The notes beneath the pieces are model-generated. The model made no database searches. It saw nothing but the letters and a program-made list of their open reading frames with translations, and had not been told where the DNA came from. From assembly GCA_028534125.1 (NCBI GenBank), contig CM052817.1, positions 59,336,001-59,400,000 of the forward strand: a stretch of DNA of 64,000 nucleotides, read 5' to 3'. The DNA comes from Lama glama. Its lineage: Eukaryota. The position numbers and the translations under genes were made by a program. Within the stretch, counting starts at the first letter, position 1; every line of letters starts with the position of its first letter. Positions 41,990 through 56,100 of this stretch are shown here, in pieces.

Positions 41990-42968
41990 ACATATAAGTT
42001 ATATTATGTAATATTCGTCTTTCTCTGTCTGACTTACTTCACTCAGTGTGATAATCTCTAAATCCATCTATGTTGTGGCACATAGCAATATTTCATTCCT
42101 TTTTTATGGCTGAGTAATATAGTCCATTGTGTATATATACCACATCTTCTTTAGCCACTTGTCTGTTGATACATAGGTTGCTTCCATGTTTTGGCTATTA
42201 TAAAGAGTGCTGCTATGAACATTGGGGTGCATGTATCTTTTCAAATTAGACTTTTCCTCTTTTCTGGATATAGGCCCAGGAGTGGGACTGCTGAATCATA
42301 CGGTAACTCTATTTTCAGTTGTTTAAGAAAACTCCATAGTATTTTCTTCAGTGGTTGCATCAATTTACAATCCCATGAACAGTGTAGGAAGGTTCTCTTT
42401 TTTCCACATTCTCTCTAGCATTTATTATTTGTAGACTTTTTGATGATGGCCATTCTGACCTGTGTGAGGTGATATCTCAGTATAGTTTTAATTCCTCTGA
42501 TAATTAGTAATGTTGAGCATCTCTGCATGTGCCTGTTGGCTATCTGTATGTCATCTTCAGAGAAATGTCTATTTAGGTCTTCTGCCCATTTTGTGATTGC
42601 ACTGTTCTCTCTCTTTTTTTTTTGATATTGAGTTATATGAGCTGTTTGTATATTTTGGAAATTAAATTCATGTTGGTTGCATCATTTACAAATAATCTCT
42701 CCAATACCATAGGTTGCCTTTTTGTTTTGTTTATGTTTTCCTTTACTGTGCAAAAGCTTTTAAGTTTGATTAGGTCCCATTTGTTTACTTTTGCTTTTAT
42801 TTCTTTTGCCTTAGGAGACTGAACTAAGAAAACATTGCTATGATTTATATCAGAGAATGTTTTGCCTATGTTCTCTTCTAGGAGTTTTAGGGTGTCATGT
42901 CTTACATTTGGGTCTTTAAACAATTTTGAGTTTATTTTTGTATTTGGTGTGAGGGAGTATTCTAGTTC
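41990..42968 (-). mobile_element. L1 ORF2 3' part
   Basis: [10 protein letters not shown]...[11 protein letters not shown]...[12 protein letters not shown]. Confidence 0.9.
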
Positions 42969-45900
42969 TTGGCAAACCCAGTGCACATCTGCAGTGCCCA
43001 AGTATAATGCCAACCAGTGGCTTTGCTCATCTACAGAACCAAGTCAGGGACACACTCTAACCCAGGAACTCGGCAGGGTACAGACCTGCCTGAACTGAAT
43101 CCTCAAATGTGGAGTTCTGCCAGTCCTAGAACCAAGTTTGCCCACACCCAGACAAGGAGCTGAATCAGAGCCCTACCTGCTTGGGAGAGTATCTTCCCAT
43201 CCATCTGACCAGAAAGGCAGGCTACAACTCCTGGAATCAGTGCAGCCCAGTGGTACTTGAGCCAAAAGGCAAGTGGACAGAGCTGATTGCTCCTAGATCA
43301 AAACCAACACTGAGCATGGAGTTCCCATGCTATGCATGGGCAGGGGGTTAATTCATAGCCAAGGCTGATGGTAGATCCTTTGTGGGAAATTGAGAATAGT
43401 CTGGAGCAGCCGTTCCGTGTCTCACTTAGACAAACAGCTGAATCACAGCCCACACTGTGGAAAGTATTTTCTGGCCTCATCTGACCATAAGGGCTGGCAT
43501 CAACTCCTAGAAGCTGTGCAGTCTAGCTGTACTCTAGCTGAGAGAGGGGTGGGCAGAGTAACAGTTTTCAGAACAAAGTCAGTGGTCCTGTTCAGTCAGG
43601 GAACATGGGGCATTTTCAGCTTGAGTTAAGACAACAAACAAAAAGCTTTACCAGCTTTAGAACTGCTTCTTGCACTGTGCCTGGGCATAGAATCTAGTTT
43701 ATATCCCTACTCACCACCGAATATAGCCTTCAGCCTCTTACCAGAGAACTTAACCAGAACACACATGTAGCCCATGCAACAGCCCTACATGCAGTGGCAC
43801 TTGAATAGAAAGCACAGCTCATGACTTCCCCCACCTACAGAGCAAAACTAGTGACCTCACCTGACAGAGAAATTCAGTGCACACTAAGGCCTGATTTGGG
43901 TCCCCAAACAACAAGCTGTACAGGCCCAGGGTCCCATCCTGCTGCTGTGCCTGGGCAGAGAAGCTAATTCATAGACACATCTACTACTAAATATCGTACT
44001 CACTCCCAACCATCTAGTAAGCATGACCAGAGGACCCAGGCAACAGTGGAGCCCGTCCTACAGCCACACCTGGGTAGGAAACCAAGTCAGCAGTTCTATC
44101 CAACTCAGCCAGTGACATACCCCCATTCTTCACCCCCAGAGTTCAAAATCTGCCTCAGCCAAAAATAGATATAAATAGCAGAACCCACCTGCCCAAAGAC
44201 ATTACCAGCAGACACACACAGAAACCCCAAATTTTGAACAAATCTATTATTAATAAGGAGATTGCATTAGTAATTAAAAATCACTCAACAAGAAAAGCCC
44301 AGGACCAGATGGGTTCACTGATGAATTCTAGTAAACATTTAAAGAATTAACAGCAGTCCTCCTCCAATTCTTCCAAACACTGAAGACGAGGGAACACTCT
44401 CAAACTCATTTAAGAGGCCATCATTATCCTGAAGCCAAAATCAGAAAACGATACTACTAGAAAAAACTACAGGCCAATATCCCCAATGAATATAGATGAA
44501 AACTTCTCAAACCAAATTCAGCAGCACATTAAAAGGATAATACATCATAATCAAGTAGGATTTATCCCTGGGATTCAAGGATGGTTCAACATACGCAAAT
44601 CAATCAACGTGATACATCATATCAATAGAATAAAACAAAAGAATCATATGATCATCTCAAAAGACAGAAAAAGCATTTGACAAAATTCAACATCCAGTCA
44701 TGATGATAAAAACTCTTAAATTAGTAATAGAAGTAACATCTCAATATAATGAAGGCCATATGCAACAAACACACAGCCAATAACTTACTCAATGGAAAAA
44801 AGTTGAAGGTTTTCCTCTAAGATCAGGAATAAGACAAGGGTGCCCACTCTCATCCCTCTTATTCGATTTAAACTGTAAAGTACTATTTCATACCTAGGGA
44901 AATCAGGCAAGAAAAAGAAATGAAATAAAGGGAAGAAGTAAAATTGTCTCTATTTGCAGATGACACACTTTTTATGTATAGAAAATCCTAAAGACTCAAC
45001 TAAAAAACTGTTAGCTCTAACCAATGAATTCAGTAAAGATACAGGATATGAAATTAACATTCAAAACAGTAGCATTTCTATATACTAACAAGGAATTATC
45101 TGAAAAAGAATTAAATCAATCCCATTTAAAACAGCATCAAAAACAATAAAATATTTAGGAATAAATTTAATGGAAGAAGTGAAAGAGCTCTACTCAAAAG
45201 TATAAGAAGTTGATGAAAGAAATTTTAAAAGACACAAATAAATGAAAAAGTGTCTTGTGTTCATGTATTAGAATTTATATTGTTTAAATGTCAGTACTAC
45301 CAAAAGTCATCTATAAATTCAAGATTCCAATGGCAATTTTTACAGATGTAGAAAAAACAATTCTAAAATGTATTTGGAACCAAAAATGACTCCAAAAAGC
45401 TCCTGAAAAAGAAGAAGGCAAGGGGCACCATAATTTCTGATTTCAAGATATACTCTAAAGCTACAGTCATCAAAACAGTTTGGTACTGACATAAAAATAA
45501 ATGGACCAATGAAACAGGTAAGAGCCCAGAAATAAACCCAAGCATATAAAGTCAACTAGTATTTGACAAAGGAGCCAAGAATACTCAATGGAGAGAAGAC
45601 AGTCTTTTCAATAAATGGTACTGGGATAATTGGATATTCACATGTAAAAGAATGAAACTGAACATAGATCTTACACTATTCACAAAAATTAACTCAAAAT
45701 GTATTAAAGACTAAAATGTAAAACCCAAATCCATGAAACTTCTCCAAGAAAACATAGGAATTAAAGTCCTTGACATAAGCCTTGGTAATAGTTTTTTGGA
45801 TATGACATCTAAAGTATAAGCAACAAAATAGAAAATAAATAGGTGGGACTAAATTGAAAAACAGTGTGGAAGATCCTCTAAAAAGGAAAAACAGAACCAC

Positions 45901-46590
45901 CAAATGATCCAACAATTCCATTTCTGGGAATATAGCCAAAGGAAAAAAAACACTGACTTATAAAGATGTTTGTACCCCCATGTTCACAGCAGCATTATTT
46001 ACAATAACTAAAACATGGAAACAACCTAAGTGTCCAGTGTCCATCAACAGATGAAAGGAATGGATAAAGAAGTTGTCTTACAAAAGGGAAAGCCTATCAT
46101 TTGTGACAATATGGATGGATATTGACAGCATTATGCTAAGTGAAATAAGTCAAACATAAAAAGAGAAATACTTTGTGATCTCACTTGTGTGTGAAATTTA
46201 AAAAAAAAATTAAGGAAAAAAGATCAGACTTGTGGTTACCAGAGGTGGAGGGGAAATTGGAAGAAGGTGGTCAAAAGGTACAAGCTTCTAGTTGTAAGAC
46301 AGATAAATATTAGGGATATAATGCACAACACGATGACTATAGCTAACACTGCTGTACGACAAGTATAAAGGAAAGTTAAGAGAGTAAATCCTGTAAGTTC
46401 TCATCAAAATAAGGAAATTCTTTTCCCTTTTTTATCTTTCTTTTCTTTTTATTGTACCTATACAAGGAGATGGATTGAACCTATTATGGTAGCCATTTCA
46501 CAATATATGTAAATCAAGCCATCATACAATACTCCTTAAAATTAAATGATAATGTATGTCAGTTATTTCTCAATAAAACTGAATAAAAAG
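42969..46590 (+). mobile_element. L1 (5' region, deleted ORF1, degenerate ORF2, 3' UTR)
   Basis: [39 protein letters not shown]; tail ctcaataaaactg. Confidence 0.9.
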
Positions 46591-47050
46591 AACCTTAAAT
46601 GCAAACTGTGTTATGTGAAGGAAGCCCGTCTGAAAAGACTACTAGTATATGCTTCAAACTATATGACATCCTGAAAAAAGACAAAATTATGGAGTAAAAA
46701 AGATCAGCATTTGACAGGAGTTTCAGGGGCAAGTAGTGGAATGAATAAATGGAGCACAGGGGCTATTAGGGCTGTTAAAACACTCTGATAATATCATGGT
46801 GAATACATGACATTATGCATTTGTCAAAAATCTATGGATCTTTACAACACAGAGTTAACATAAACAAAAATTATTTATATTAGTTAACAGTAATGAATTA
46901 TACTGCTCATTAATTGTAACAAATGTACCACATCAATGCAAGATAATAATAAGGGAAACTGTGCAGGGGAGGAGGGCATATGGAAACTTTATGCTCAGTT
47001 TTTTCTGTAAATTTATAATTGTCCTAAAAACATTTATTAATTTAAAAAAA
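46590..47050 (+). mobile_element. L1MC-like 3' end
   Basis: cattatgcatttgtcaaaa motif shared with ~2990 and ~55555. Confidence 0.75.
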
Positions 47051-47583
47051 TGTACAAGTGGTCACAAAGAATGACAAAAATGAAGCAGTTCAATTTCTAT
47101 TCCTTGTTTTTAATAATCATTGTTTATTTTGAATTTCCTGCTTAAAAGAAAACAGACACACATATCTAGATCTGGGGATAGGCGTCAGGGAGGATTATGT
47201 AACTGTGTCCTCAGAGTAATTCTTTATGTAGAATATAATGTCTATCAAAAGATAAGTAGTAAAGCAGTGCTAGTTTGAAATATATATGCATATACATATT
47301 TGTATAGTATACATATATAACTATGATGAATACATATCTACACATGTATAAAAGATACATGTGTATGCATACATATACTTCAACAGGAAGTACAGCACTT
47401 GTTTTAATAAGAATTTAAATCACAAAGGATTTTTTTGTCAATGAGTATTCTATCACTGAAAATATTTAGAATCAGGGTTGTAATAAAAAGCAGATCAACT
47501 TTTAGTAGGGTTTTGTTGTTTTTATACTATCTAGAAAGAATATAACTCTTTCCCTTTGTATTCCACTGCTTTCATTGAATATC

Positions 47584-47706
47584 TTTTTTTTTTAAAGGAG
47601 GTAGTTAGGCTTATTTACTTGTTTTTTAAGTGGCAGTACTGGGGATTGAACCTAGGACCTTGTGCATGCTAGGTAGGCACTCTGCCACTGAGCTAAATCC
47701 TCCTCC
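47584..47706 (-). mobile_element. tRNA-derived SINE, Vic-1-like (camelid)
   Basis: Reverse complement ggaggaggatttagctcagtggcagagtgcctacctagcatgcacaaggtcctaggttcaatccccagta with A/B boxes and an A-rich tail. Confidence 0.8.
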
Positions 47707-47860
47707 TTCATTGCTTTAGTTGAATCTCTGTAATAGCTGCAAATTTTTCTGAGACTGATCAAAAATAAATAAATAAATGAAGGAAGGCATCAATTTCACT
47801 ATTTTAAAATTACCTCTTAAGATATTCAAAGGAATTTTAACTAAGATTTTCCTCTCTTAC

Positions 47861-48216
47861 CTAGCATTCCAGTTTTATTAACTGATTGGCTAGTAACTAG
47901 AACTAATTGAAAGATTTAGCAGTGTAAACTTCATCGCTAGAGGCAGCTCTCAGGGAACACATGACTGTGTAAATAGAGTACTTGATTAAGTTGTAGAACC
48001 CCAGGGAGCAGCCTGGACACCAGTTATGTAAATATAACAGATGGCTAAGCAAATGCTGTGCTGTACTGAGTCTAGGTTTACTGTAGTAATCTATGTTTAT
48101 ATAGAAGATTTAAGAGTCATGGTAGCCAACTTTCTGAAGCCAAACCAGGTATTGACAATATCACTGTCATGAAAATTATTTTAGAATATGTTGGAATTTT
48201 TTCAAATTCATATTCT
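47861..48216 (-). CDS. Candidate exon, 356 nt, phase 0->2, about 10 stops
   Basis: ttttctccag|...AG|gtaaga; NNFHDSDIVNTWFGFRKLATMTLKSSI...ELPLAMKFTLLNLSISSSY. Confidence 0.6.
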
Positions 48217-48465
48217 CTGGAGAAAACTACACTGTTTAACTGTTCACAATGGTTTCATTATGTTTTGTGTGTTTTAAAAAGTATTTCCTAAAGAATGGCG
48301 TGAAATAATGGCTCAGATCCAATCAATTTGGTGAGGGTTATGCCACTTAGCAGATGACAGAAATGGTGAATCATTTCGATTGACAAAGCGTTTATGAATG
48401 AATACTCATTGCATTCAGACATTATGTGTCAAGCCAAACACTGTGTACAGGTTACTAATTCCATG

Positions 48466-48870
48466 GGAGGTCTCAGAGTTGCCAAGGAAAACACAACGCA
48501 GTCAAGCACTGGATGGAATAAAACTTAACTTAACGCATGTAAGGAAGAGACCAAGTCAGCTCCAACAGCGTGTGCCCCTCATGGCTACATGGCTATAGCT
48601 GTCCCCTGGCAGCCAACATGGGGCACTGATCTCATGCTGCAGTAGATGGATGCAAACACACCTGCAAGGAGTCTGAAAGCTGAGGGCGGGCCACAGGGCC
48701 CTTGATTTACGTGCTTAAGCAGAACAAGGGAAAGCTGAATGAGTTTGCAACAGGGAAAGATATTCCCACACCAGACAAGAAGCCTGACACAGATTGTGCG
48801 GGCTCTTTACCTCTTGGTAAGGTAGTCTTCAAGCCCCAAAAGACAGTCATACACAATGGGGTGGAAAGAC
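48466..48870. mobile_element. Old LTR-like element
   Basis: GC-richer block in an intron with LTR-like composition. Confidence 0.45.
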
Positions 48871-49013
48871 TGCACATGAGACCATTTTTCCTAGTGCTAT
48901 GTGTGCTTTTATTTAATCTTCATGGGTGCAGATACCACCCATTTAAACTGAAGAAACCAAGAATAATATAGAAAAGAAAAAATTATAAGAAGAAAAAATC
49001 CTTGAGGTAATAC

Positions 49014-49153
49014 CGTACACTAAGTCAATACCAGAAGAGTAAAGATACACCAGAGGAATCTCAATACAGATGAGTGATGGGTGTCCACTTAAATGCCCTA
49101 TTTAGGAGATTTCAGTATTCAGAAAGTGACCCCTCTCCTTTTCTCCCTTTCAT
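49014..49153 (-). CDS. Candidate exon, ~140 nt, phase 1->0, 4 stops
   Basis: ttttcttttcttggtcag acceptor, gtatta donor; EREKRRGVTF*ILKSPK*GI*VDTHHSSVLRFLWCIFTLLVLT*CT. Confidence 0.55.
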
Positions 49154-49220
49154 CTGACCAAGAAAAGAAAAACAATTAGGAAAAAATGTGTAGGACAGAT
49201 TCATGTTTGGTATGGCTTAC

Positions 49221-49444
49221 TTGTTTTTATTCTGAATTCAGAGGTAGAGTGACTCTACAGGAAGAAATACCTTATAGGAAGCTCATAAACGTTCGCCTGT
49301 GTTATATGTTACAAATAGTCTAAGTACCAGCCAACAAACAAAATAGACATTTTAAAAAAGTATCCTAAAACTCAGGTTTGTTTCTACTGCAACTGTAGAT
49401 GACAATTACTGCTTTAAGAAGTAATCTTTATTAGCACCACTAGC
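49221..49444 (-). CDS. Candidate exon, 224 nt, phase 2->1, 5 stops
   Basis: ctttttcccag|...|gtaagc; LVVLIKITS*...VLGYFFKMSILFVGWYLDYL*HITQANVYELPIRYFFL*. Confidence 0.65.
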
Positions 49445-49751
49445 CTGGGAAAAAGGAACTGTGTGTCTTAATGCCATTCCTTCTAACATATATATTAAGC
49501 ACTTACTATGGGAAGCCAATGGTCCTTAGTTACTTGAAGCCTGTAGTCTAACGCATGTCCAGCGAATTTAGCTGACGAGTCGGTATATCAAGTGCCCTTG
49601 TTAAAAACAGAGATTGTTAAATTGTCTCCTGGAATTTCAACTCGATTTGTTAGAAAAGTCTCAGGAAACCACATTTTTATTAAGCACCACAAGTGACTAT
49701 TCCAGGCATGTGTGGTGGAATCCTGGCCTAGTGGACTTCTAAGTAACTTAC

Positions 49752-50411
49752 AGTTAAAAGCATAATCACTTTAACTAGAGGAATTGCATTTACGAAAAAC
49801 TGTCTGAGAGAAAGCAAATTAAAGGCAGACAGTTGTCTCCTTTTATATTCCCTTATTGGAGTGTCTATAGACAATTACATTGTTCATTATAAAATAATCA
49901 ATTTATTTGAAGATTTTGCAAATTGTTTCATTCTCCCTCTAACCTACCAAAGAGTTTCTTGCTGAAACTACTGAATTAAAAGACTGCTATTTGGTGCTAA
50001 CATTTAAGAACATAACCAAAGTTCCAGAATGCTACGCAGGACTATTCCTAAGAGGTTATAGGACCTAGGGCCTCCTCAAAAAAAGTTTTGATTCCCAGAA
50101 TGTCACACTATTTATCTTCTTGGATAAAAAACAGAGTCTGCCTAAAGTAAGTTAACAAGGGCCGTATGTCCTTGTTATGGGGGAAGAAGGGAGATCAGCT
50201 CTGAAAGTTTTGCTTTTGTAATGGTGGTGGGGAGTACGGCTGAGGCGGCAGATATACGGGTGTGTACTCATATCCACATGCACAAATATATTCAGCACAA
50301 TTTCTTTTCAATGCTAGCTGCCTGGTCATGCAAAACATTTTTTTTTCATTAAGAAACTGATAAATTAGTGTTATTATACCACAAAGAAAACTTGAGTTTG
50401 CCGACATTTTA
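49752..50411 (-). CDS. Candidate exon, 660 nt, symmetric phase 2, about 14 stops
   Basis: Includes ORF 50195..50407 (YEYTPVYLPPQPYSPPPLQ) then SPFFPHNKDIRPLLTYFRQTLFFIQEDK; gtaagt donor. Confidence 0.65.
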
Positions 50412-50485
50412 CTTTTTAATTTAAGGAAAAAGAAAAGAAAAAGAACTAATGGTATCTTTAACTGTTGTCTAGTTGCCAGACAAAC

Positions 50486-51367
50486 CTTTAAGAGGCATTT
50501 AATATCTTATATAAAGGGAATGGCCTAAAGCAATAGATCATTTCTAGTTTTATACTGCATGGTCAGCAATGAATACAGCTGTCTAGAAATAATTATTTTA
50601 AGAGAGGAGAGATACCTGTCTCTTATGTAGTCTTATAACTCAGACTCATAGAAATTAGAACTCTAATCCTCTACTATAAAGTTTAACATTATAGTTTAAA
50701 AGGATGTTTAATTTCTTTAGGAAAGCCAAGCAAAGCAAGCTTTTCATTTAATCTACTATACCAAAATATGTTCTAGCATTTCTACTTAATTGAAGATAAA
50801 CAAATGTATTACTTCTAGGTAAAATAATGCGTCACTAAACTTCCATGCTTTACATATTTGTTTACTAGTAGAGGAACCTCCAAATTCCTTAACCACATAG
50901 CTATGAAGGAGAGTGAAATCTATTCTGAAACAAAGAAATGTCAAAAGGTTTACTTTACTGTTCTGCAGGCTAACAGAGGGCAAAGAAAGCAAATCTCCTA
51001 CTCACAATGAAAAAAAAAATAAGCAAAATTTACCAAATGAAGAATCTACAACCTAAGTAAAACAAAACTTAAATACAGTATTTTGTTCCTAGAAGAGTTG
51101 TATCTAAATTCATAAATTGCAATTCCCCTAGCTTTCAATAGAGTGGTAATGAGACTCAGTAAATTATGTTTAAAGCTGAACAATCTATTTTTATCAGACT
51201 TTCTCAACTATTTGATTGGGCAACAACAGTATTATCTTTCATTCTCTTACAAATGTCTAAGGATCAACCTTTCTCCTTTAATAATTATTTCTCCTGAAAT
51301 AGCTTTAACTCTTTTTCTTGACATTTATTTTAGAAAGAAGTAGCACCCAGTAAGTTAGCCAGGCTGC
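50486..51367 (-). CDS. Candidate exon, 882 nt, symmetric phase 2, about 22 stops (may hide small introns)
   Basis: MSRKRVKAISGEIIIKGERLILRHL*ENER*YCCCPIK*LRK...EICFLCPLLACRTVK...YSRLNEKLALLGFPKEIKHP; AG|gtttgt donor. Confidence 0.55.
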
Positions 51368-51557
51368 CTACTATTTAATTGTAAAATGATTAATTTATAT
51401 CTTTGTTCATGGAAAATTAGATGCCAAAAACATGTAAAGAATTGAACATTTAAGTTTTTATTCTGTGATTGTACCTTTAGTAAGCAATGTGCTGTAACAA
51501 AAAAAGGTATAATCTGTAACAGTGAGATCTCGGGGCTCTCCTGATATATGATCTTAC

Positions 51558-51953
51558 CTCAGTAAAAATATTTGTAGCCATGAAAATAATGAAGTCACCA
51601 AGAGAATAAATAGATTTCTTTCAGGAGAAGAAATAATTGGTGCTGTTCTTTATAGTTCCAGCCTGGCAATGGACAGGAGCACAAATGGGCAATTGTAGCA
51701 ATCACAGCCAGAGAAGAGCACAGTACTAAAGGGCCCAGACGTCTTAACTATGGGCTATTTCAGTGGGTCACCAACCTCATCTAGCACAAATGCTAACCAA
51801 AGATGAGTGGGGTCCAGAAGGGATAATAGAGGACAGAAAGTGCACACAGCAGTTACAGCCTTAGAAACAAGTGCAACAGTGACGAGCATAGCTTGCCCCA
51901 CTAAATAGACTTTTGTAAATTCTTTTGATTCAGAAATTTTGACTGACAGTGAC
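51558..51953 (-). CDS. Candidate exon, 396 nt, symmetric phase 2, only 2 stops
   Basis: tttttcaag|...AG|gtaaga; overlaps ORF 51755..52045; SLSVKISESKEFTKVYLVGQAMLVTVALVSKAVTAVCTFCPLLSLLDPTHLW... Confidence 0.7.
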
Positions 51954-52059
51954 CTTGAAAAATCAGTGGGAGGAAAGAGGAATTTAATGTGATGTGCAAG
52001 TGTATTTGAGTAAGCGATAGTAGGTGCTATTGGTGTTTGACTCATATTTCCTCAGCCTT

Positions 52060-52445
52060 CAAGCTCACTGTTTCTTGGAAGATGGTGGCTTCTTACTGTA
52101 AGCTTTCTGTCTGAGAGTTTTCTCTGGTGCTGTGAGGAGGATTTGCTGTTTGCAGGGCCAGTGAATGCTTTCAAATGCATTTGAAACCCTCTGTCAATGA
52201 AAAATAGGTGTTATTATTAGTGTTATTATTATACAGCCCAATTTTGGACTTCTTGGACAACTCTGGAGTAACTCTGAGGTGTGTTCTACTTTCCCATAGA
52301 GGTAACCTGCTCATTGATGCACCAGTTTTGGCTTATTTTCCTTCCCTATTCTACTCCCCCATGTCGGTGCTTCCTGGGATCGCCTTCCAAAGGAAACGTG
52401 TCTCCTCAAATCTTAGACTCAAGGTCTGCTTTTTGGGGAATACAG
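52060..52445. mobile_element. LTR16-like ERVL LTR
   Basis: ctcaaatcttagactcaaggtctgctttttggggaa terminal motif. Confidence 0.65.
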
Positions 52446-52559
52446 TTAAAGAATCCATGCATACTCTATTTTATTTTTATTCTATGTATTTATTTTAATA
52501 ATATCATTAATATCCATAAACTTACTACCTGGTTTTTACTAGTCTGGTAAAATCTTGCA

Positions 52560-54290
52560 ATAACCTCTAAAACAGCTAATGAGACAACTTGAGAATGACA
52601 CCCTACTTAAAAAATAGAATAAAAACCTAACAGTAACCTCTTCCTACAATTTCTGCTTCCCCACATCAGAGAAAATCCAATATTGGTATTATCATTCACC
52701 TGTTTTTTTAATTATCTTATATGTATATGCTTCTCTCTCTGTTCAACTTTATAAAAACAGTATCACATTATACAGAATCTTCATGGAAATATTTTTAACT
52801 AATTATTATTAAAATTCAGTTCTATTATTTTGTGTACCTCTAACTGATTTCCACTGCTGCATGATATTCCACTATGTAAATATATTACAATGGATTCGTT
52901 CATTCTTTTCTTAGGCACATTTCAGTATTTAGATTATTTTGTGTTGTGAATACAGTCATCCCCCAGTATCTTCAAAGGATTGGCTTCAGTACACCCAGCA
53001 AATACCAGAAGTTCCTTATGCAAAATGGCATAGTATTTGCATGTAACCTACACACAACATCCTATATACTTTAAATAATCTCTAGATTATTTATAAAACC
53101 CAATAAAATGTAAATAATTGCACCTTTTGGAACTTTCTGCAGTTTAAAAAAATGTTTTCTATCTGAGGTTGGTTGATTCTGTAGATTTGAAATCCATGCA
53201 TATTTAGGACTTACTGTACTACTGTTTTGGATATATCCATGTTCATGTTTCCTAGCATACAAATACAAAATTTTTATTGAAGATATGCCTAGGTGTACAA
53301 TGTCAGTTAATAGAGAATTTAATTGTTCAAATTTATAAACAAATACAATCTTGTTTTCCAAAATAATTATATTTTTATATTTGCAAATAACAGTTTAGAA
53401 GAGATTCTGTTAATCCACATTCTTGCTAACACTTAATATTATCCAGCATCTTAAATTTGGCAATAAACTGTGTTAATAAGCGGTATTATAACTGCTATTG
53501 ATTTGCATTTCCTTGGTTTATAATAAGGGAGATTATCTGTTCATACAATTATGTATGAGGTGTGTGGAAATGGAAAACTATATATATCAGATATATACAG
53601 TTACTTCTCTGAAAGTGTAAAACTTTACATATCATAGACATATTTTCTTATTGTACTATCATTTCCTTACATTTCCTTAGTAGGAATTATTATATATTAT
53701 TGATACCAATTTTTATTGACTCTTTCAATTATCTTTTTTATTTTCTAACTCTATTTCACTTGTTATAATATATAATTTCATGAATTGCTGCCATCAATTT
53801 TAATGTAATCAATTCGAAAGTTTTAGGTCTTATTGTAAAATTCCCACAATGGTCCTCTAACAAAAGGGTATTCACTGGGCATTTTGCTAATTTTTCAAGT
53901 TTAAATTAGATATTTTAATACTTAATCCATCTATATTTTAATTTTATGGATAATGTGAGGTAGGATTTTATTTTTTCAATCTCTGTCAATATTTTTAAAC
54001 TCTCTTTTGAACAGTTCATCCTATCCTGACCAATTTACCATGTTACTTCTGATACATACTTCAGTTCAGTATACAGGAGGGTCCTTTTCTGAACAATCAT
54101 TCTCTATTGCTATGGTCATTTCATATGTTTCTATGTAAAAATACTGCCATATTTACTATTACTTCACATTAAATCTTGATATTTGGCAAAGAAGATTGTT
54201 AACCTTCTTCAAAAAGATTTTGGCTATTTATAGTTATCCTCTTTCATATAAGATTTAAAATTGGCTTGCCAATCTCCACATCTAAGTAAA
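52560..54290 (-). mobile_element. Ancient L1ME-type remnant
   Basis: T-rich antisense L1 motifs. Confidence 0.65.
52953..53217. mobile_element. MER2 (Tigger-family) element
   Basis: ta-cagtcatcccccagtatc...gattgg start, actg-ta end. Confidence 0.8.
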
Positions 54291-56100
54291 TCAAGAATAA
54301 GAGAAGAAAATATAATGGGATTTAAAGTACTTAGAATAAAAGAATATGAAAACACAACATATCAAATCTTGTACAATGCAACAAAGCAGTAATATTTATG
54401 TTAGAAAAGAGGAGTTAAAATGCAGCATAGTCAATGCAATATTGAAGAAGAACCATTGGAAGACTGACACCATCTGACTTCAACTCACTTTAAAGCTACA
54501 ATAATCAAGACAGAGTTGTATTGTTAAAAGAATAAATAGCTCCATGAAACATACAGGAGACCAGAAATAGACTCACATAAATATAGTCAATTGATCTTTG
54601 ACAAAGACAAAGATCTTTGACAAAGACAGGCTTTAAATAAATGGTGCTGGAACAACTGGACATCCACATGCAAAAAATGAATTTACAGTCCAGATAATGT
54701 TAAGAGAATTAGGATACAAGCCATAGACAGGGAGAAAATATTTGCAAAAGATAGACCTGATAAAGGACTTTAATTCAACATATACAAAAAAACTCTTAAA
54801 ACCCAACAATAAGAAAATAAACAACCCAATTTTAAAATGGGTCAAAGATCTTAATCAAAGAAGATATGCAGAAGGCAAATATGGCAAGATGCTCAACATT
54901 GTATGTCATCAGAAAATACAAATTAAAACAACAATGAGATACCACTATGAATCTATTACAATGGCCAAAACTGGATCAATGACATCACCAAATGTTGATA
55001 AGGATATGAAACAACACGAACTCTCACACTTTCCTGCTTGGAATATGAAGTGGCACAACCATTTTGGAAGAGAGTTTGACAGCTTCTTACAAAACTAAAC
55101 ATACTCTTACCATGCTTCTTAGTATTTATCCAAAGGAATTAAAAACTTACATCCACACAAAACCTGCACACAGATGTTTATAGCAGCTTTAATCCTAATT
55201 GCCAAAACTTGAAAGCAACAAAGATATTCTTCAACAGGTGAATGGATAAATAAACTGAGGTGCATCCAAACAATAGAATATTATTCAGCACCAAAAGAAA
55301 TTATCTATCAAGAAAAGACAAGGCAGAACCTTAAATACATATTTATAAGTGAAGGAAGTCGATCTGACAAAGGCTACATGCTGTATCATTCTAACTAAAT
55401 GATATTCTGGAAAAAGCAAACCTATGGAGACAATAAAAAGATCAATGGTTACCAGGTTGCCAGTGGTATGGAGGAGGAATGATGAATAGCAGAGAGCAGA
55501 ATGTTTAGGACAGTGAAAATACTCTGTATAATACAATAGTGATGGACATGTGTCATTATACATTTGTCCAAAATACAACTATAAGGATTAACACTAAAGT
55601 AAACTATGAATTTCGAATAATTATGATGTGTTGATGTGGGTTCATCTTTGATTAAAAAATGTAGCATTCAGATGCTTGATTTTGATAATGAGGGAGGCTA
55701 TGCAAGTATACAATTGCCAATATATGGGCAGTATCTATATGTTCCTCTCAATTTTGTTGTAAACCTAATACTGCTCTAAAAATTTCTTTAAAAATAGTCA
55801 GTTGAAGAAAAACAGATAGTAGAAACATAGGACAATAAAAATTAAAGTGTAAATCTATAAGACAAGGATAAATAAAATCAACAAAGTTAAAAGTTTGTTT
55901 TTTGCAGTATTAATAAACAACCCACTGAAAGATCGATCAAGAATAAAAAATAGAAGTATTATGATTAAAGAGTCAGAAAAATCAGAGGTAAGAAACACAA
56001 GAGAAATTAATGAAACTTTATCACAAAAACTTTAAAAAACCTTTGCTTAGTTTTCTTGAATAACTTCCTAGAACCTATTCAAAAAAAAGATAAAAGGCTC
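54290..56100 (+). mobile_element. L1 remnants including L1MC-like ORF2 end and 3' UTR (~54420-55795)
   Basis: KKINNPILKWVKDLN...IQIKTTMRYH. Confidence 0.8.

Noticed and set aside
47630..47706. tRNA gene
   Set aside because: Degenerate stems plus a SINE tail; better explained as a SINE head
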